16,899 bases of DNA, from NCBI RefSeq assembly GCF_965212735.1, contig NZ_CBDBYJ010000003.1, positions 102,099-118,997 on the forward strand. The letters are read 5' to 3'. Under the pieces are notes generated by a model that was not told where the DNA came from, made no database searches, and saw nothing but the letters and a program-made list of their open reading frames with translations. The DNA is from Mycoplasma todarodis. Its GTDB lineage: Bacteria; Bacillota_I; Bacilli_A; Mycoplasmatales; Metamycoplasmataceae. Shown here piece by piece: positions 15,652 through 16,899 of the stretch. Position 1 is the first letter of the stretch, and each line of letters starts with the position of its first letter. The translations under genes were made by a program, and so were the position numbers.

Positions 15652-15658
15652 ATTTTTC

Positions 15659-16899
15659 TTATTTAAAGTCTCTTCCTAAGTATTTATAAACTACTAGACC
15701 AGCAAGAGATATAGCAATGATTGATCATACAACGTATACAATCACAGGTTTAACTCATGGTGTTTCTGTGTAGTAAGTTAATCTTAAGTCTGATTCATAT
15801 AGACCCATTTTAACTAGAGCTTCTGGTTTTTGTCATAAAGCACTATTAAATGCTGAAGAATCGTCTTTGAATTTTTTAACAAGTAAATAGTTGAAAGCAG
15901 GGATTTTTTCTAAGTTAGTATTATCATCTGTGTTTTCTGTTCATGAGAATCCTATTTTACTCATATTAATTACTAATCCACTAATTGCTTTGTCATATGT
16001 ATCTCAAGTATTGCTTCCTGTTCATATTGCTGGGTTACTGTAAATCTTATTAGCATCCTGAATATTGTTAGCAATTGTTTTACCACTTGAGTTTTTACTT
16101 CTGAACCCTTCTGGTTTAAAGTAAAGTAAACTATAGTCTTTACCATTTATGTTAACTTGCATCGCATTATTTGTAAAGTTATCATCTGAGTTTGATTTTC
16201 AATCAGTTACATTAATTAATGAAACATTTTTTGTTTGGAATGCTGAATAGAATTTGATAAGTTGTTGATAAACATCTATGTAAGCAACATATTTATATCA
16301 ACCTTTATCTTGTTCTTCGATTGCAGCTTTAAGAGTTACACCATCTTGGTCATAAACTCTTCCACTATTGTATGTTGTTGTTCCATCCGCTTTAATAGCT
16401 ATTACATTTTCTTGTCTTGCACCTGAAGAAATTTGTCCATTACCTAAAGGTGAAAGAATAAATGATGTAATAGAGAATACAAATGGAATAAGTATTGCTG
16501 TAACTAATGTCGCAATCTTACCGAATGAAGATGCTACAAATGTTATAACTGAAGACATGATCATTGTGATGATTAAGTTCCCTATAAATAAAGAACCTGC
16601 AAATTTTATCTTTTGAGTACCATTTGCGTTTGTATCTGCTAATGATATTATGATTCCAAGTAGAAAGATGAATACTGAAAAGAATAATATGTGTGCATAT
16701 AGAGCAAGGAATTTACCAACGATGATTTTAATTCTTTTTATTGGTTTGGCAACGATTATTAATTCTGTACCATCTTCTTCTCCATCTTTAAAAATTGTGA
16801 TTGCTTTTGTGGCTACATACAATGGACCAAATACAAATGGGAATAAGTAGTAGTAAGCTAATAGTCCATCAATAACTGCAGCATCTGATTCATTATTTG
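15659..16899 (-). CDS. ABC-2-type transporter permease with a large extracytoplasmic loop; N-terminus runs off the right edge
   Basis: Track ORF 16298..16822 (GTELIIVAKPIKRIKIIVGKFLA, several TM helices) is open upstream to position 16899. Downstream it continues through many TGA codons (first at 16298-16300) to TAA 15659-15661, ending in the TM helix VWSIIAISLAGLVVYKYLGRDFK. Confidence 0.8.

Noticed and set aside
195-16850. Antisense or overlapping track ORFs (195..389, 223..414, 923..1375, 2298..2528, 2902..3108, 3387..3590, 5148..5456, 5841..6032, 7036..7233, 8157..8576, 8661..8870, 9496..9687, 9990..10196, 10576..11037, 11196..11432, 11474..11677, 11917..12132, 12465..12728, 16368..16616, 16650..16850)
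   Set aside because: They are shadow ORFs inside or opposite well-supported genes. They have low-complexity S/F/L/I-rich products, no SD and no recognisable motifs.
1-16899. CRISPR arrays, IS elements, integrases, or restriction-modification and other known defence genes
   Set aside because: No regularly spaced direct repeats and no transposase, recombinase or defence-type domains appear in any table-4 frame I could read.

Overview
AT-rich chromosomal segment that only makes sense under translation table 4 (UGA=Trp), so it is from a Mollicute (Mycoplasma, Mesoplasma or Spiroplasma-type; genus not determinable here). The supplied standard-code ORF track therefore splits real genes at in-frame TGA. 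I re-joined them by hand. Almost all genes lie on the minus strand. Left to right: deoxynucleoside kinase (partial), a lipoprotein, topA, a 56-aa plus-strand ORF, dprA, a 7-blade beta-propeller surface protein, a cold-shock protein, an ~0.85 kb non-coding gap, clpB with a perfect CIRCE operator, a SHOCT-domain membrane protein, cutC (plus strand), a DEDDh exonuclease with a coupled 100-aa ORF, a 363-aa protein (HAxxRLxER N-domain plus four acidic LDEDFMxELL-type repeats), a ~1.6 kb gene desert, and an ABC-2-type permease (partial). Housekeeping calls are solid. No tRNA, rRNA, CRISPR array, transposase or integrase is visible. The parts worth a second look are the two non-coding gaps, which are subdivided by intrinsic terminators and share GC-containing words. 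Also of interest are a terminator-bounded ~190-nt unit upstream of the exonuclease, the repeat-bearing 363-aa protein, a recurring TATATA(A)AGGGG motif, and a 10-mer (AACCTTATTT) present three times. None of these could be assigned to a known family by eye. All need covariance-model or homology searches and transcript mapping.
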